A DNA stretch of 64,000 bases from the human T2T-CHM13v2.0 reference genome, Homo sapiens, in the NCBI RefSeq assembly GCF_009914755.1, contig NC_060948.1; one strand, given 5' to 3'. This document shows positions 25,008 to 39,182 of the stretch, piece after piece (the stretch's first letter is position 1; each line of letters opens with the position of its first letter). The translations under genes and the position numbers were made by a program. The notes under the pieces are model-generated. The model had not been told where the DNA came from. It saw only the letters and a list, made by a program, of their open reading frames with translations, and searched no databases.

Positions 25008-28000
25008 ATGGAGGGTTATGGAACGGACTCCAAAGGAATTGAATGTAATAGAATGGAGTGGAGTGGACTCGAATATAATGGACTGGAATGGAATGGAATC
25101 ACATGGAATGGGAACGAATGGAATGGAATGGAAAGGAATGGAATCGAATGGAAAGGAATCAAATGGAAGGGAATGAAATTGAATCAACAGGAATGGAAGG
25201 GAATAGAATAGACTGTAATGGAATGGACTCGAATAGAATGGACACGAATGCTCAAATTGGATGGACTCGAATGGAATGGAAACGAAAGGAATGTCATCGA
25301 ATGGAATTGAATCGATTGGAATGAAATGGCATAGAATGGAGTGGAATCAAAAGGAATTGAATCGAAAGGAAAGGAAGCGAATGGACTGAAATGAAATGGA
25401 ATGGAATTGAATGGAAAGTAATGCAATGGAATAGAATGGAACGAAATTTCACGGAATGGAATCAAACAGAATGGAATCAAATCAATGGAATATAATCAAA
25501 TGGAATGGAATGGAATGGAAAGGAATTGAATGGAATAGATTGGATAGGAAGGGATTGGAATGCAATGGAATGGAAAGGACTCGAATTTCATGAAACGGAA
25601 TGGAATGAATTGGAATGGAATGGACTCGAATGGAATGGAATGTCATGGAATGGCATCAAATGGAATGGAATCAAATGGAATGGCATTGAATGCAATGGAA
25701 TGTTATGGAATGGAATGGAATGTATTGGAATGGAATGTCCTCTAATGGAATGGATTCGAGTGGAATGGAATCGAATATAATGGAGTCGAATGAAATGGAA
25801 TTGAAAGGAATGGGATCGAATAGAATGGAATATACTGGAATGTAATGTAATGAAGTCGAATGTAATTGACTGGAATGGAATGTACATGAATGGAATGTAA
25901 TCGAATGGAAAGTAATCCAATGAAATAGAATCTAATGCAATAAAACCGACTCAAATGGAATAGAATGTAATGGAATGGAGTGCAGTGCAATGGAATGGAA
26001 TGGAATGGAATGCAATGGAGTGGAATGGAATGGAATGGGATGGAATGGTATGGAATGGATAGTAAAGAACTGGAGTGAAATGGACTGTAAAGGAATGGAC
26101 TCCAATTGAAAGGGCTCGAAAGGAATGGAGTCAAATGGAATGGTCTGGAATGGAATGAACTCGAATGTAATGCAATCCAATAGAATGGAATCGAATGGAA
26201 TGGAGTATAAAGAAATGGAATCGACGAGAATGGAAACAGATGGAATGGAATTGAAAGGAATGGAATTGAATGGAATGGGCACGAATGGAATGAAATTGTA
26301 TGGAATAGAAGAGAATAGAATGGAATGCAATGGATAAGAAAGGAATGGATTGGAATGGAAGGGAATGTAGTGTAATGGACTGGCATGGAATAAACTGGAA
26401 TGCTACGGTCTCAAATGGAATAAAAATGTATGGAATGGAATGCCATGAAATGGAATCGAATGTCATAGAATGTAATGGAATGCAAAGAAATGGACTCCAA
26501 AATCATTGACTGGAAAGGCTGGGTGTCGAAAGGAATTGACTCCAATGGAATGGAATCGAATGGAATGGAAGTGAATAGAATCGAACTAAATCGAATGGAA
26601 TGGAATTGATAGGAACGGAATGGAAAGGAATGGAATGATTTGGCATGAAATGGAATCGAATGGACTCGAATGGAATGGAATGGAATGCAATGGAATGGAA
26701 TGTATTAGAATGTAGTGAACTTTAATGGAATGAACTCGAATGGATTCGACTGGAATGGAATGTTCTGGAAGTGAATGGACTCCAATGGAATGGATTCAAA
26801 AGGAATGGAATCGAAGGGAATGGAATCTAATGGAATGGAATGAAATGGAAAGGAATCCAATCGAATAGCACGGAATTGAATTGAATGGAATCGAATGCAA
26901 TGGAATCTAATGAAACGGAAAGGAAAGGAACGGAATGGCATGGAATGGGCTGGAATGGAATGGAATCGAAACGAATGGAATGGAATCGAACTGAAGAGAC
27001 TGGAATGGAATGCACTGGCATGGAAGGGAGTTTAATGGAAGGTTCTCGAAAAGACTGGAATCGAATGGAATGGAATTGAATGGAACGGATATAGAGTCAA
27101 ATGGAATTGAATGGAATGGAATGGAGTAGAGTGAAATGGAATCGAGTCACAAGGAATGGACAGGAATAGAACGGTCTCGAATTGAATGGAATCGTATGGA
27201 ATGGAATTCAACGGAATGGAATGGACAGCCACGGAATGGAATGCACTCGAAAGCAATGGACTCGAAACTAATGGACTGGAATCGAATGGACTCGACTGGT
27301 ACGGACTCCAATGGAATGGAATCGAATGGAATGGAATCGAACGGAATGGACTCGAAGTGATAAGAGTGCAATGGAAAGGTCTCGAATGGAATGGAAATTA
27401 ATGGAATGGAATGGAATCGAATGAAATGGAGTCAAAAGGAATGGAATCGAATGGCAAGAAATCGAATGTAATGGAATCACAAGGAATGGATGTGAACGGA
27501 ACGGAATGGAATGGAATCAAAAGGAATGGAATCGAATGGAATGGACACGAATGGAAATGACTCGAATAGAATGGAATTCAATAAAATACAATCAAATGTA
27601 ATGGAATGGAATGGAAAGGAATCGAAACGAAAGGAATGGAGACAGATGGAATGGAATGGAACAGAGAGCAATGGTATATAATGGAATGGAATCATATGGA
27701 ATGGAATTGAATGGAATGGAATAATATGAAATGGAATGGAAAGGAATGGAATGCACTTGAATTAAATGGACTGGAATGGAATGGACTCGAACGGAGTGGA
27801 ATGGAAAGGATTGAAATAGAATGGAATGGACTCCTTTGGAATGGTCTAGTATGCAATGCAAACGACTGGCAGGGAATCAAAAGGAATGTAATCGAATGTA
27901 TTGGACTGGAATACAGTGGACTCGAATACATTGGAAACGGAATGCAATGGAATGGAATGGAATAGTATGGAATGGAACGGAAAGGAATGAAGTAGAATGG

Positions 28001-28542
28001 ACTAGAGTGGAATGGAATGGACTCGAAAGCAATGGACTGGAATGGAACGATCTTGAATGGACCGGAATCAAACGGAACGGAATGCAATGCAAGGCAATGA
28101 AATGGAATGGAATAAAAGAGAATGAAAGAGAATCAAATGCAATTGAATCGAATGGAATCGAATGGATTGGAAAGGAATAGAATGGAATGGAACGGAATTG
28201 ACTCAAATGGAATGGACTAGAGCGGAATGGAGTCGAATGGAAGGCAAAGGAATGGAATCTATTGGAATGGACTGTAATGGAATGGCATGGAAGGGATTGG
28301 AATGGACTCGAATGGAAAGGACTGCAATAGAAAGGATTCGAATGGAATGAAAAAGAATTGTATGGAATAGAACAGAATGGAATCAAATCGAATGAAATGG
28401 AATGGAATAGAAAGGAATGGAATGAAATGGAATGGAAAGGATTCAAATGGAATGCAATCAAATGGAATGCAATCGAATGGAATGGAATCGAACGGAATGG
28501 AATAAAATGGAAGGAAACTGGCAAGAAATGGAATCGAAATGA
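25008..28542 (+). repeat. Unit U8, 3535 bp
   Basis: Landmark spacing 25008 to 28543. Confidence 0.9.
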
Positions 28543-31500
28543 ATGGAGTGTTATGGAACGGACTCCAAAGGAATTGAATGTAATAGAATGGAGTGGAGTG
28601 GACTCGAATATAATGGACTGGAATGGAATGGAATCACATGGAATGGGAACGAATGGAATGGAATGGAAAGGAATGGAATCGAATGGAAAGGAGTCAAATG
28701 GAAGGGAATGAAATTGAATCAACAGGAATGGAAGGGAATAGAATAGACTGTAATGGAATGGACTCGAATAGAATGGACACGAATGCTCAAATTGGATGGA
28801 CTCGAATGGAATGGAAACGAAAGGAATGTCATCGAATGGAATTGAATCGATTGGAATGAAATGGCATAGAATGGAGTGGAATGAAATGGAATTGAATCGA
28901 AAGGAAAGGAAGCGAATGGACTGAAATGAAATGGAATGGAATTGAATGGAAAGTAATGCAATGGAATAGAATGGAACGAAATTTCACGGAATGGAATCAA
29001 ACAGAATGGAATCAAATCAATGGAATATAATCAAATGGAATGGAATGGAATGGAAAGGAATTGAATGGAATAGATTGGATAGGAAGGGGTTGGAATGCAA
29101 TGGAATGGAAAGGACTCGAATTTCATGAAACGGAATGGAATGAATTGGAATGGAATGGACTCGAATGGAATGGAATGTCATGGAATGGCATAGAATGGAA
29201 TGTCATGGAATGGCATCAAATGGAATGGAATCAAATGGAATGGCATCGAATGCAATGGAATGTTATGGAATGGAATGGAATGTATTGGAATGGAATGTCC
29301 TCTAATGGAATGGATTCGAGTGGAATGGAATCGAATATAATGGAGTCGAATGAAATGGAATTGAAAGGAATGGGATCGAATAGAATGGAATATACTGGAA
29401 TGTAATGTAATGAAGTCGAATGTAATTGACTGGAATGGAATGTACATGAATGGAATGTAATCGAATGGAAAGTAATCCAATGAAATAGAATCTAATGCAA
29501 TAAAACCGACTCAAATGGAATAGAATGTAATGGAATGGAGTGCAGTGCAATGGAATGGAATGGAATGGAATGCAATGGAGTGGAATGGAATGGAATGGGA
29601 TGGAATGGTATGGAATGGATAGTAAAGGACTGGAGTGAAATGGACTGTAAAGGAATGGACTCCAATTGAAAGGGCTCGAAAGGAATGGAGTCAAATGGAA
29701 TGGTCTGGAATGGAATGAACTCGAATGTAATGCAATCCAATAGAATGGAATCGAATGGAATGGAATATAAAGAAATGGAATCGACGAGAATGGAAACAGA
29801 TGGAATGGAATTGAAAGGAATGGAATTGAATGGAATGGGCACGAATGGAATGAAATTGTATGGAATAGAAGAGAATAGAATGGAATGCAATGGATAAGAA
29901 AGGAATGGATTGGAATGGAAGGGAATGTAGTGTAATGGACTGGCATGGAATAAACTGGAATGCTACGGTCTCAAATGGAATAAAAATGTATGGAATGGAA
30001 TGCCATGAAATGGAATCCAATGTCATAGAATGTAATGGAATGCAAATAAATGGACTCCAAAATCATTGACTGGAAAGGCTGGGTGTCGAAAGGAATTGAC
30101 TCCAATGGAATGGAATCGAATGGAATGGAAGTGAATAGAATCGAACTAAATCGAATGGAATGGAATTGATAGGAACGGAATGGAAAGGAATGGAATGATT
30201 TGGCATGAAATGGAATCGAATGGACTCGAATGGAATGGAATGGAATGCAATGCAATGGAATGTATTAGAATGTAGTGAACTTTAATGGAATGAACTCGAA
30301 TGGATTCGACTGGAATGGAATGTTCTGGAAGTGAATGGACTCCAATGGAATGGATTCAAAAGGAATGGAATCGAAGGGAATGGAATCTAATGGAATGGAA
30401 TGAAATGGAAAGGAATCCAATCGAATAGCACGGAATTGAATTGAATGGAATCGAATGCAATGGAATCTAATGAAACGGAAAGGAAAGGAACGGAATGGCA
30501 TGGAATGGGCTGGAATGGAATGGAATCGAAACGAATGGAATGGAATCGAACTGAAGAGACTGGAATGGAATGCACTGGCATGGAAGGGAGTTTAATGGAA
30601 GGTTTTCGAAAAGACTGGAATCGAATGGAATGGAATTGAATGGAACGGATATAGAGTCAAATGGAATTGAATGGAATGGAATGGAGTAGAGTGAAATGGA
30701 ATCGAGTCACAAGGAATGGACAGGAATAGAACGGTCTCGAATTGAATGGAATCGTATGGAATGGAATTCAACGGAATGGAATGGACAGCCACGGAATGGA
30801 ATGCACTCGAAAGCAATGGACTCGAAACTAATGGACTGGAATCGAATGGACTCGACTGGTACGGACTCCAATGGAATGGAATCGAATGGAATGGAATCGA
30901 ACGGAATGGACTCGAAGTGATAAGAGTGCAATGGAAAGGTCTCGAATGGAATGGAAATTAATGGAATGGAATGGAATCGAATGAAATGGAGTCAAAAGGA
31001 ATGGAATCGAATGGCAAGAAATCGAATGTAATGGAATCACAAGGAATGGATGTGAACGGAACGGAATGGAATGGAATCAAAAGGAATGGAATCGAATGGA
31101 ATGGACACGAATGGAAATGACTCGAATAGAATGGAATTCAATAAAATACAATCAAATGTAATGGAATGGAATGGAAAGGAATCGAAACGAAAGGAATGGA
31201 GACAGATGGAATGGAATGGAACAGAGAGCAATGGTATATAATGGAATGGAATCATATGGAATGGAATTGAATGGAATGGAATAATATGAAATGGAATGGA
31301 AAGGAATGGAATGCACTTGAATTAAATGGACTGGAATGGAATGGACTCGAACGGAGTGGAATGGAAAGGATTGAAATAGAATGGAATGGACTCCTTTGGA
31401 ATGGTCTAGTATGCAATGCAAACGACTGGCAGGGAATCAAAAGGAATGTAATCGAATGTATTGGACTGGAATACAGTGGACTCGAATACATTGGAAACGG

Positions 31501-32102
31501 AATGCAATGGAATGGAATGGAATAGTATGGAATGGAACGGAAAGGAATGAAGTAGAATGGACTAGAGTGGAATGGAATGGACTCGAAAGCAATGGACTGG
31601 AATGGAACGATCTTGAATGGACCGGAATCAAACGGAACGGAATGCAATGCAAGGCAATGAAATGGAATGGAATAAAAGAGAATGAAAGAGAATCAAATGC
31701 AATTGAATCGAATGGAATCGAATGGATTGGAAAGGAATAGAATGGAATGGAACGGAATTGACTCAAATGGAATGGACTAGAGCGGAATGGAGTCGAATGG
31801 AAGGCAAAGGAATGGAATCTATTGGAATGGACTGTAATGGAATGGCATGGAAGGGATTGGAATGGACTCGAATGGAAAGGACTGCAATAGAAAGGATTCG
31901 AATGGAATGAAAAAGAATTGTATGGAATAGAACAGAATGGAATCAAATCGAATGAAATGGAATGGAATAGAAAGGAATGGAATGAAATGGAATGGAAAGG
32001 ATTCAAATGGAATGCAATCAAATGGAATGCAATCGAATGGAATGGAATCGAACGGAATGGAATAAAATGGAAGGAAACTGGCAAGAAATGGAATCGAAAT
32101 GA
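28543..32102 (+). repeat. Unit U9, 3560 bp (25-bp duplication)
   Basis: Landmark spacing 28543 to 32103; duplication at 29170-29219. Confidence 0.9.
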
Positions 32103-35100
32103 ATGGAGTGTTATGGAACGGACTCCAAAGGAATTGAATGTAATAGAATGGAGTGGAGTGGACTCGAATATAATGGACTGGAATGGAATGGAATCACATG
32201 GAATGGGAACGAATGGAATGGAATGGAAAGGAATGGAATCGAATGGAAAGGAGTCAAATGGAAGGGAATGAAATTGAATCAACAGGAATGGAAGGGAATA
32301 GAATAGACTGTAATGGAATGGACTCGAATAGAATGGACACGAATGCTCAAATTGGATGGACTCGAATGGAATGGAAACGAAAGGAATGTCATCGAATGGA
32401 ATTGAATCGATTGGAATGAAATGGCATAGAATGGAGTGGAATGAAATGGAATTGAATCGAAAGGAAAGGAAGCGAATGGACTGAAATGAAATGGAATGGA
32501 ATTGAATGGAAAGTAATGCAATGGAATAGAATGGAACGAAATTTCACGGAATGGAATCAAACAGAATGGAATCAAATCAATGGAATATAATCAAATGGAA
32601 TGGAATGGAATGGAAAGGAATTGAATGGAATAGATTGGATAGGAAGGGGTTGGAATGCAATGGAATGGAAAGGACTCGAATTTCATGAAACGGAATGGAA
32701 TGAATTGGAATGGAATGGACTCGAATGGAATGGAATGTCATGGAATGGCATAGAATGGAATGTCATGGAATGGCATCAAATGGAATGGAATCAAATGGAA
32801 TGGCATCGAATGCAATGGAATGTTATGGAATGGAATGGAATGTATTGGAATGGAATGTCCTCTAATGGAATGGATTCGAGTGGAATGGAATCGAATATAA
32901 TGGAGTCGAATGAAATGGAATTGAAAGGAATGGGATCGAATAGAATGGAATATACTGGAATGTAATGTAATGAAGTCGAATGTAATTGACTGGAATGGAA
33001 TGTACATGAATGGAATGTAATCGAATGGAAAGTAATCCAATGAAATAGAATCTAATGCAATAAAACCGACTCAAATGGAATAGAATGTAATGGAATGGAG
33101 TGCAGTGCAATGGAATGGAATGGAATGGAATGCAATGGAGTGGAATGGAATGGAATGGGATGGAATGGTATGGAATGGATAGTAAAGGACTGGAGTGAAA
33201 TGGACTGTAAAGGAATGGACTCCAATTGAAAGGGCTCGAAAGGAATGGAGTCAAATGGAATGGTCTGGAATGGAATGAACTCGAATGTAATGCAATCCAA
33301 TAGAATGGAATCGAATGGAATGGAATATAAAGAAATGGAATCGACGAGAATGGAAACAGATGGAATGGAATTGAAAGGAATGGAATTGAATGGAATGGGC
33401 ACGAATGGAATGAAATTGTATGGAATAGAAGAGAATAGAATGGAATGCAATGGATAAGAAAGGAATGGATTGGAATGGAAGGGAATGTAGTGTAATGGAC
33501 TGGCATGGAATAAACTGGAATGCTACGGTCTCAAATGGAATAAAAATGTATGGAATGGAATGCCATGAAATGGAATCGAATGTCATAGAATGTAATGGAA
33601 TGCAAATAAATGGACTCCAAAATCATTGACTGGAAAGGCTGGGTGTCGAAAGGAACTGACTCCAATGGAATGGAATCGAATGGAATGGAAGTGAATAGAA
33701 TCGAACTAAATCGAATGGAATGGAATTGATAGGAACGGAATGGAAAGGAATGGAATGATTTGGCATGGAATGGAATCGAATGGACTCGAATGGAATGGAA
33801 TGGAATGCAATGGAATGGAATGTATTAGAATGTAGTGAACTTTAATGGAATGAACTCGAATGGATTCGACTGGAATGGAATGTTCTGGAAGTGAATGGAC
33901 TCCAATGGAATGGATTCAAAAGGAATGGAATCGAAGGGAATGGAATCTAATGGAATGGAATGAAATGGAAAGGAATCCAATCGAATAGCACGGAATTGAA
34001 TTGAATGGAATCGAATGCAATGGAATCTAATGAAACGGAAAGGAAAGGAACGGAATGGCATGGAATGGGCTGGAATGGAATGGAATCGAAACGAATGTAA
34101 TGGAATCGAACTGAAGAGACTGGAATGGAAGGCACTGGCATGGAAGGGAGTTTAATGGAAGGTTCTCGAAAAGACTGGAATGGAATGGAATGGAATTGAA
34201 TGGAACGGATATAGAGTCAAATGGAATTGAATGGAATGGAATGGAGTAGAGTGAAATGGAATCGAGTCACAAGGAATGGACAGGAATAGAACGGTCTCGA
34301 ATTGAATGGAATCGTATGGAATGGAATTCAACGGAATGGAATGGACAGCCACGGAATGGAATGCACTCGAAAGCAATGGACTCGAAACTAATGGACTGGA
34401 ATCGAATGGACTCGACTGGTACGGACTCCAATGGAATGGAATCGAATGGAATTGAATCGAACGGAATGGACTCGAAGTGATAATAGTGCAATGGAAAGGT
34501 CTCGAATGGAATGGAAATTAATGGAATGGAATGGAATCGAATGAAATGGAGTCAAAAGGAATGGAATCGAATGGCAAGAAATCGAATGTAATGGAATCAC
34601 AAGGAATGGATGTGAACGGAACGGAATGGAATGGAATCAAAAGGAATGGAATCGAATGGAATGGACTCGAATGGAAATGACTCGAATAGAATGGAATTCA
34701 ACAAAATAGAATCAAATGTAATGGAATGGAATGGAAAGGAATCGAAACGAAAGGAATGGAGACAGATGGAATGGAATAGAACAGAGAGCAATGGTATAGA
34801 ATGGAATGGAATCATATGGAATGGAATTGAATGGAATGGAATAATATGAAATGGAATGGAAAGGAATGGAATGCACTTGAATTAAATGGACTGGAATGGA
34901 ATGGACTCGAACGGAGTGGAATGGAAAGGATTGAAATAGAATGGAATGGACTCCTTTGGAATGGTCTAGTATGCAATGCAAACGACTGGCAGGGAATCAA
35001 AAGGAATGTAATCGAATGGATTGGACTGGAATACAATGGACTCGAATACATTGGAAACGGAATGCAATGGAATGGAATGGAATAGTATGGAATGGAACGG

Positions 35101-35662
35101 AAAGGAATGAAGTAGAATGGACTAGAGTGGAATGGAATGGACTCGAAAGCAATGGACTGGAATGGAACGATCTTGAATGGACCGGAATCAAACGGAACGG
35201 AATGCAATGCAAGGCAATCAAATGGAATGGAATAAAAGAGAATGAAAGAGAATCAAATGCAATTGAATCGAATGGAATCGAATGGATTGGAAAGGAATAG
35301 AATGGAATGGAATGGAATTGACTCAAATGGAATGGACTAGAACGGAATGGAGTCGAATGGAAGGCAAAGGAATGGAATCTATTGGAATGGACTGTAATGG
35401 AATGGCATGGAAGGGATTGGAATGGACTCGAATGGAAAGGACTGCAATAGAAAGGATTCGAATGGAATGAAAAAGAATTGAATGGAATAGAACAGAATGG
35501 AATCAAATCGAATGAAATGGAATGGAATAGAAAGGAATGGAATGAAATGGAATGGAAAGGATTCAAATGGAATGCGATCAAATGGAATGCAATCGAATGG
35601 AATGGAATCGAACGGAATGGAATAAAATGGAAGGAAACTGGCAAGAAATGGAATCGAAATGA
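32103..35662 (+). repeat. Unit U10, 3560 bp (25-bp duplication)
   Basis: Landmark spacing 32103 to 35663; duplication at 32730-32779. Confidence 0.9.
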
Positions 35663-38600
35663 ATGGAGGGTTATGGAACGGACTCCAAAGGAATTGAATG
35701 TAATAGAATGGAGTGGAGTGGACTCGAATATAATGGACTGGAATGGAATGGAATCACATGGAATGGGAACGAATGGAATGGAATGGAAAGGAATGGAATC
35801 GAATGGAAAGGAATCAAATGGAAGGGAATGAAATTGAATCAACAGGAATGGAAGGGAATAGAATAGACTGTAATGGAATGGACTCGAATAGAATGGACAC
35901 GAATGCTCAAATTGGATGGACTCGAATGGAATGGAAATGAAAGGAATGTCATCGAATGGAATTGAATCGATTGGAATGAAATGGCATAGAATGGAGTGGA
36001 ATGAAATGGAATTGAATCGAAAGGAAAGGAAGCGAATGGACTGAAATGAAATGGAATGGAATTGAATGGAAAGTAATGCAATGGAATAGAATGGAACGAA
36101 ATTTCACGGAATGGAATCAAAACAATGGAATATAATCAAATGGAATGGAATGGAATGGAAAGGAATTGAATGGAATAGATTGGATAGGAAGGGATTGGAA
36201 TGCAATGGAATGGAAAGGACTCGAATTTCATGAAACGGAATGGAATGAATTGGAATGGAATGGACTCGAATGGAATGGAATGTCATGGAATGGCATCAAA
36301 TGGAATGGAATCAAATGGAATGGCATCGAATGCAATGGAATGTTATGGAATGGAATGGAATGTATTGGAATGGAATGTCCTCTAATGGAATGGATTCGAG
36401 TGGAATGGAATCGAATATAATGGAGTCGAATGAAATGGAATTGAAAGGAATGGGATCGAATAGAATGGAATATACTGGAATGTAATGTAATGAAGTCGAA
36501 TGTAATTGACTGGAATGGAATGTACATGAATGGAATGTAATCGAATGGAAAGTAATCCAATGAAATAGAATCTAATGCAATAAAACCGACTCAAATGGAA
36601 TAGAATGTAATGGAATGGAGTGCAGTGCAATGGAATGGAATGGAATGGAATGCAATGGAGTGGAATGGAATGGAATGGGATGGAATGGTATGGAATGGAT
36701 AGTAAAGGACTGGAGTGAAATGGACTGTAAAGGAATGGACTCCAATTGAAAGGGCTCGAAAGGAATGGAGTCAAATGGAATGGTCTGGAATGGAATGAAC
36801 TCGAATGTAATGCAATCCAATAGAATGGAATCGAATGGAATGGAGTATAAAGAAATGGAATCGACGAGAATGGAAACAGATGGAATGGAATTGAAAGGAA
36901 TGGAATTGAATGGAATGGGCACGAATGGAATGAAATTGTATGGAATAGAAGAGAATAGAATGGAATGCAATGGATAAGAAAGGAATGGATTGGAATGGAA
37001 GGGAATGTAGTGTAATGGACTGGCATGGAATAAACTGGAATGCTACGGTCTCAAATGGAATAAAAATGTATGGAATGGAATGCCATGAAATGGAATCGAA
37101 TGTCATAGAATGTAATGGAATGCAAAGAAATGGACTCCAAAATCATTGACTGGAAAGGCTGGGTGTCGAAAGGAATTGACTCCAATGGAATGGAATCGAA
37201 TGGAATGGAAGTGAATAGAATCGAACTAAATCGAATGGAATGGAATTGATAGGAACGGAATGGAAAGGAATGGAATGATTTGGCATGAAATGGAATCGAA
37301 TGGACTCGAATGGAATGGAATGGAATGCAATGGAATGGAATGTATTAGAATGTAGTGAACTTTAATGGAATGAACTCGAATGGATTCGACTGGAATGGAA
37401 TGTTCTGGAAGTGAATGGACTCCAATGGAATGGATTCCAAAGGAATGGAATCGAAGGGAATGGAATCTAATGGAATGGAATGAAATGGAAAGGAATCCAA
37501 TCGAATAGCACGGAATTGAATTGAATGGAATCGAATGCAATGGAATCTAATGAAACGGAAAGGAAAGGAACGGAATGGCATGGAATGGGCTGGAATGGAA
37601 TGGAATCGAAACGAATGGAATGGAATCGAACTGAAGAGACTGGAATGGAATGCACTGGCATGGAAGGGAGTTTAATGGAAGGTTCTCGAAAAGACTGGAA
37701 TGGAATGGAATGGAATTGAATGGAACGGATATAGAGTCAAATGGAATTGAATGGAATGGAATGGAGTAGAGTGAAATGGAATCGAGTCACAAGGAATGGA
37801 CAGGAATAGAACGGTCTCGAATTGAATGGAATCGTATGGAATGGAATTCAACGGAATGGAATGGACAGCCACGGAATGGAATGCACTCGAAAGCAATGGA
37901 CTCGAAACTAATGGACTGGAATCGAATGGACTCGACTGGTACGGACTCCAATGGAATGGAATCGAATGGAATGGAATCGAACGGAATGGACTCGAAGTGA
38001 TAAGAGTGCAATGGAAAGGTCTCGAATGGAATGGAAATTAATGGAATGGAATGGAATCGAATGAAATGGAGTCAAAAGGAATGGAATCGAATGGCAAGAA
38101 ATCGAATGTAATGGAATCACAAGGAATGGATGTGAACGGAACGGAATGGAATGGAATCAAAAGGAATGGAATCGAATGGAATGGACACGAATGGAAATGA
38201 CTCGAATAGAATGGAATTCAATAAAATACAATCAAATGTAATGGAATGGAATGGAAAGGAATCGAAACGAAAGGAATGGAGACAGATGGAATGGAATGGA
38301 ACAGAGAGCAATGGTATATAATGGAATGGAATCATATGGAATGGAATTGAATGGAATGGAATAATATGAAATGGAATGGAAAGGAATGGAATGCACTTGA
38401 ATTAAATGGACTGGAATGGAATGGACTCGAACGGAGTGGAATGGAAAGGATTGAAATAGAATGGAATGGACTCCTTTGGAATGGTCTAGTATGCAATGCA
38501 AACGACTGGCAGGGAATCAAAAGGAATGTAATCGAATGTATTGGACTGGAATACAGTGGACTCGAATACATTGGAAACGGAATGCAATGGAATGGAATGG

Positions 38601-39182
38601 AATAGTATGGAATGGAACGGAAAGGAATGAAGTAGAATGGACTAGAGTGGAATGGAATGGACTCGAAAGCAATGGACTGGAATGGAACGATCTTGAATGG
38701 ACCGGAATCAAACGGAACGGAATGCAATGCAAGGCAATGAAATGGAATGGAATAAAAGAGAATGAAAGAGAATCAAATGCAATTGAATCGAATGGAATCG
38801 AATGGATTGGAAAGGAATAGAATGGAATGGAACGGAATTGACTCAAATGGAATGGACTAGAGCGGAATGGAGTCGAATGGAAGGCAAAGGAATGGAATCT
38901 ATTGGAATGGACTGTAATGGAATGGCATGGAAGGGATTGGAATGGACTCGAATGGAAAGGACTGCAATAGAAAGGATTCGAATGGAATGAAAAAGAATTG
39001 TATGGAATAGAACAGAATGGAATCAAATCGAATGAAATGGAATGGAATAGAAAGGAATGGAATGAAATGGAATGGAAAGGATTCAAATGGAATGCAATCA
39101 AATGGAATGCAATCGAATGGAATGGAATCGAACGGAATGGAATAAAATGGAAGGAAACTGGCAAGAAATGGAATCGAAATGA
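35663..39182 (+). repeat. Unit U11, 3520 bp (15-bp deletion)
   Basis: Landmark spacing 35663 to 39183; atggaatcaaaacaatgg at 36111-36128. Confidence 0.9.
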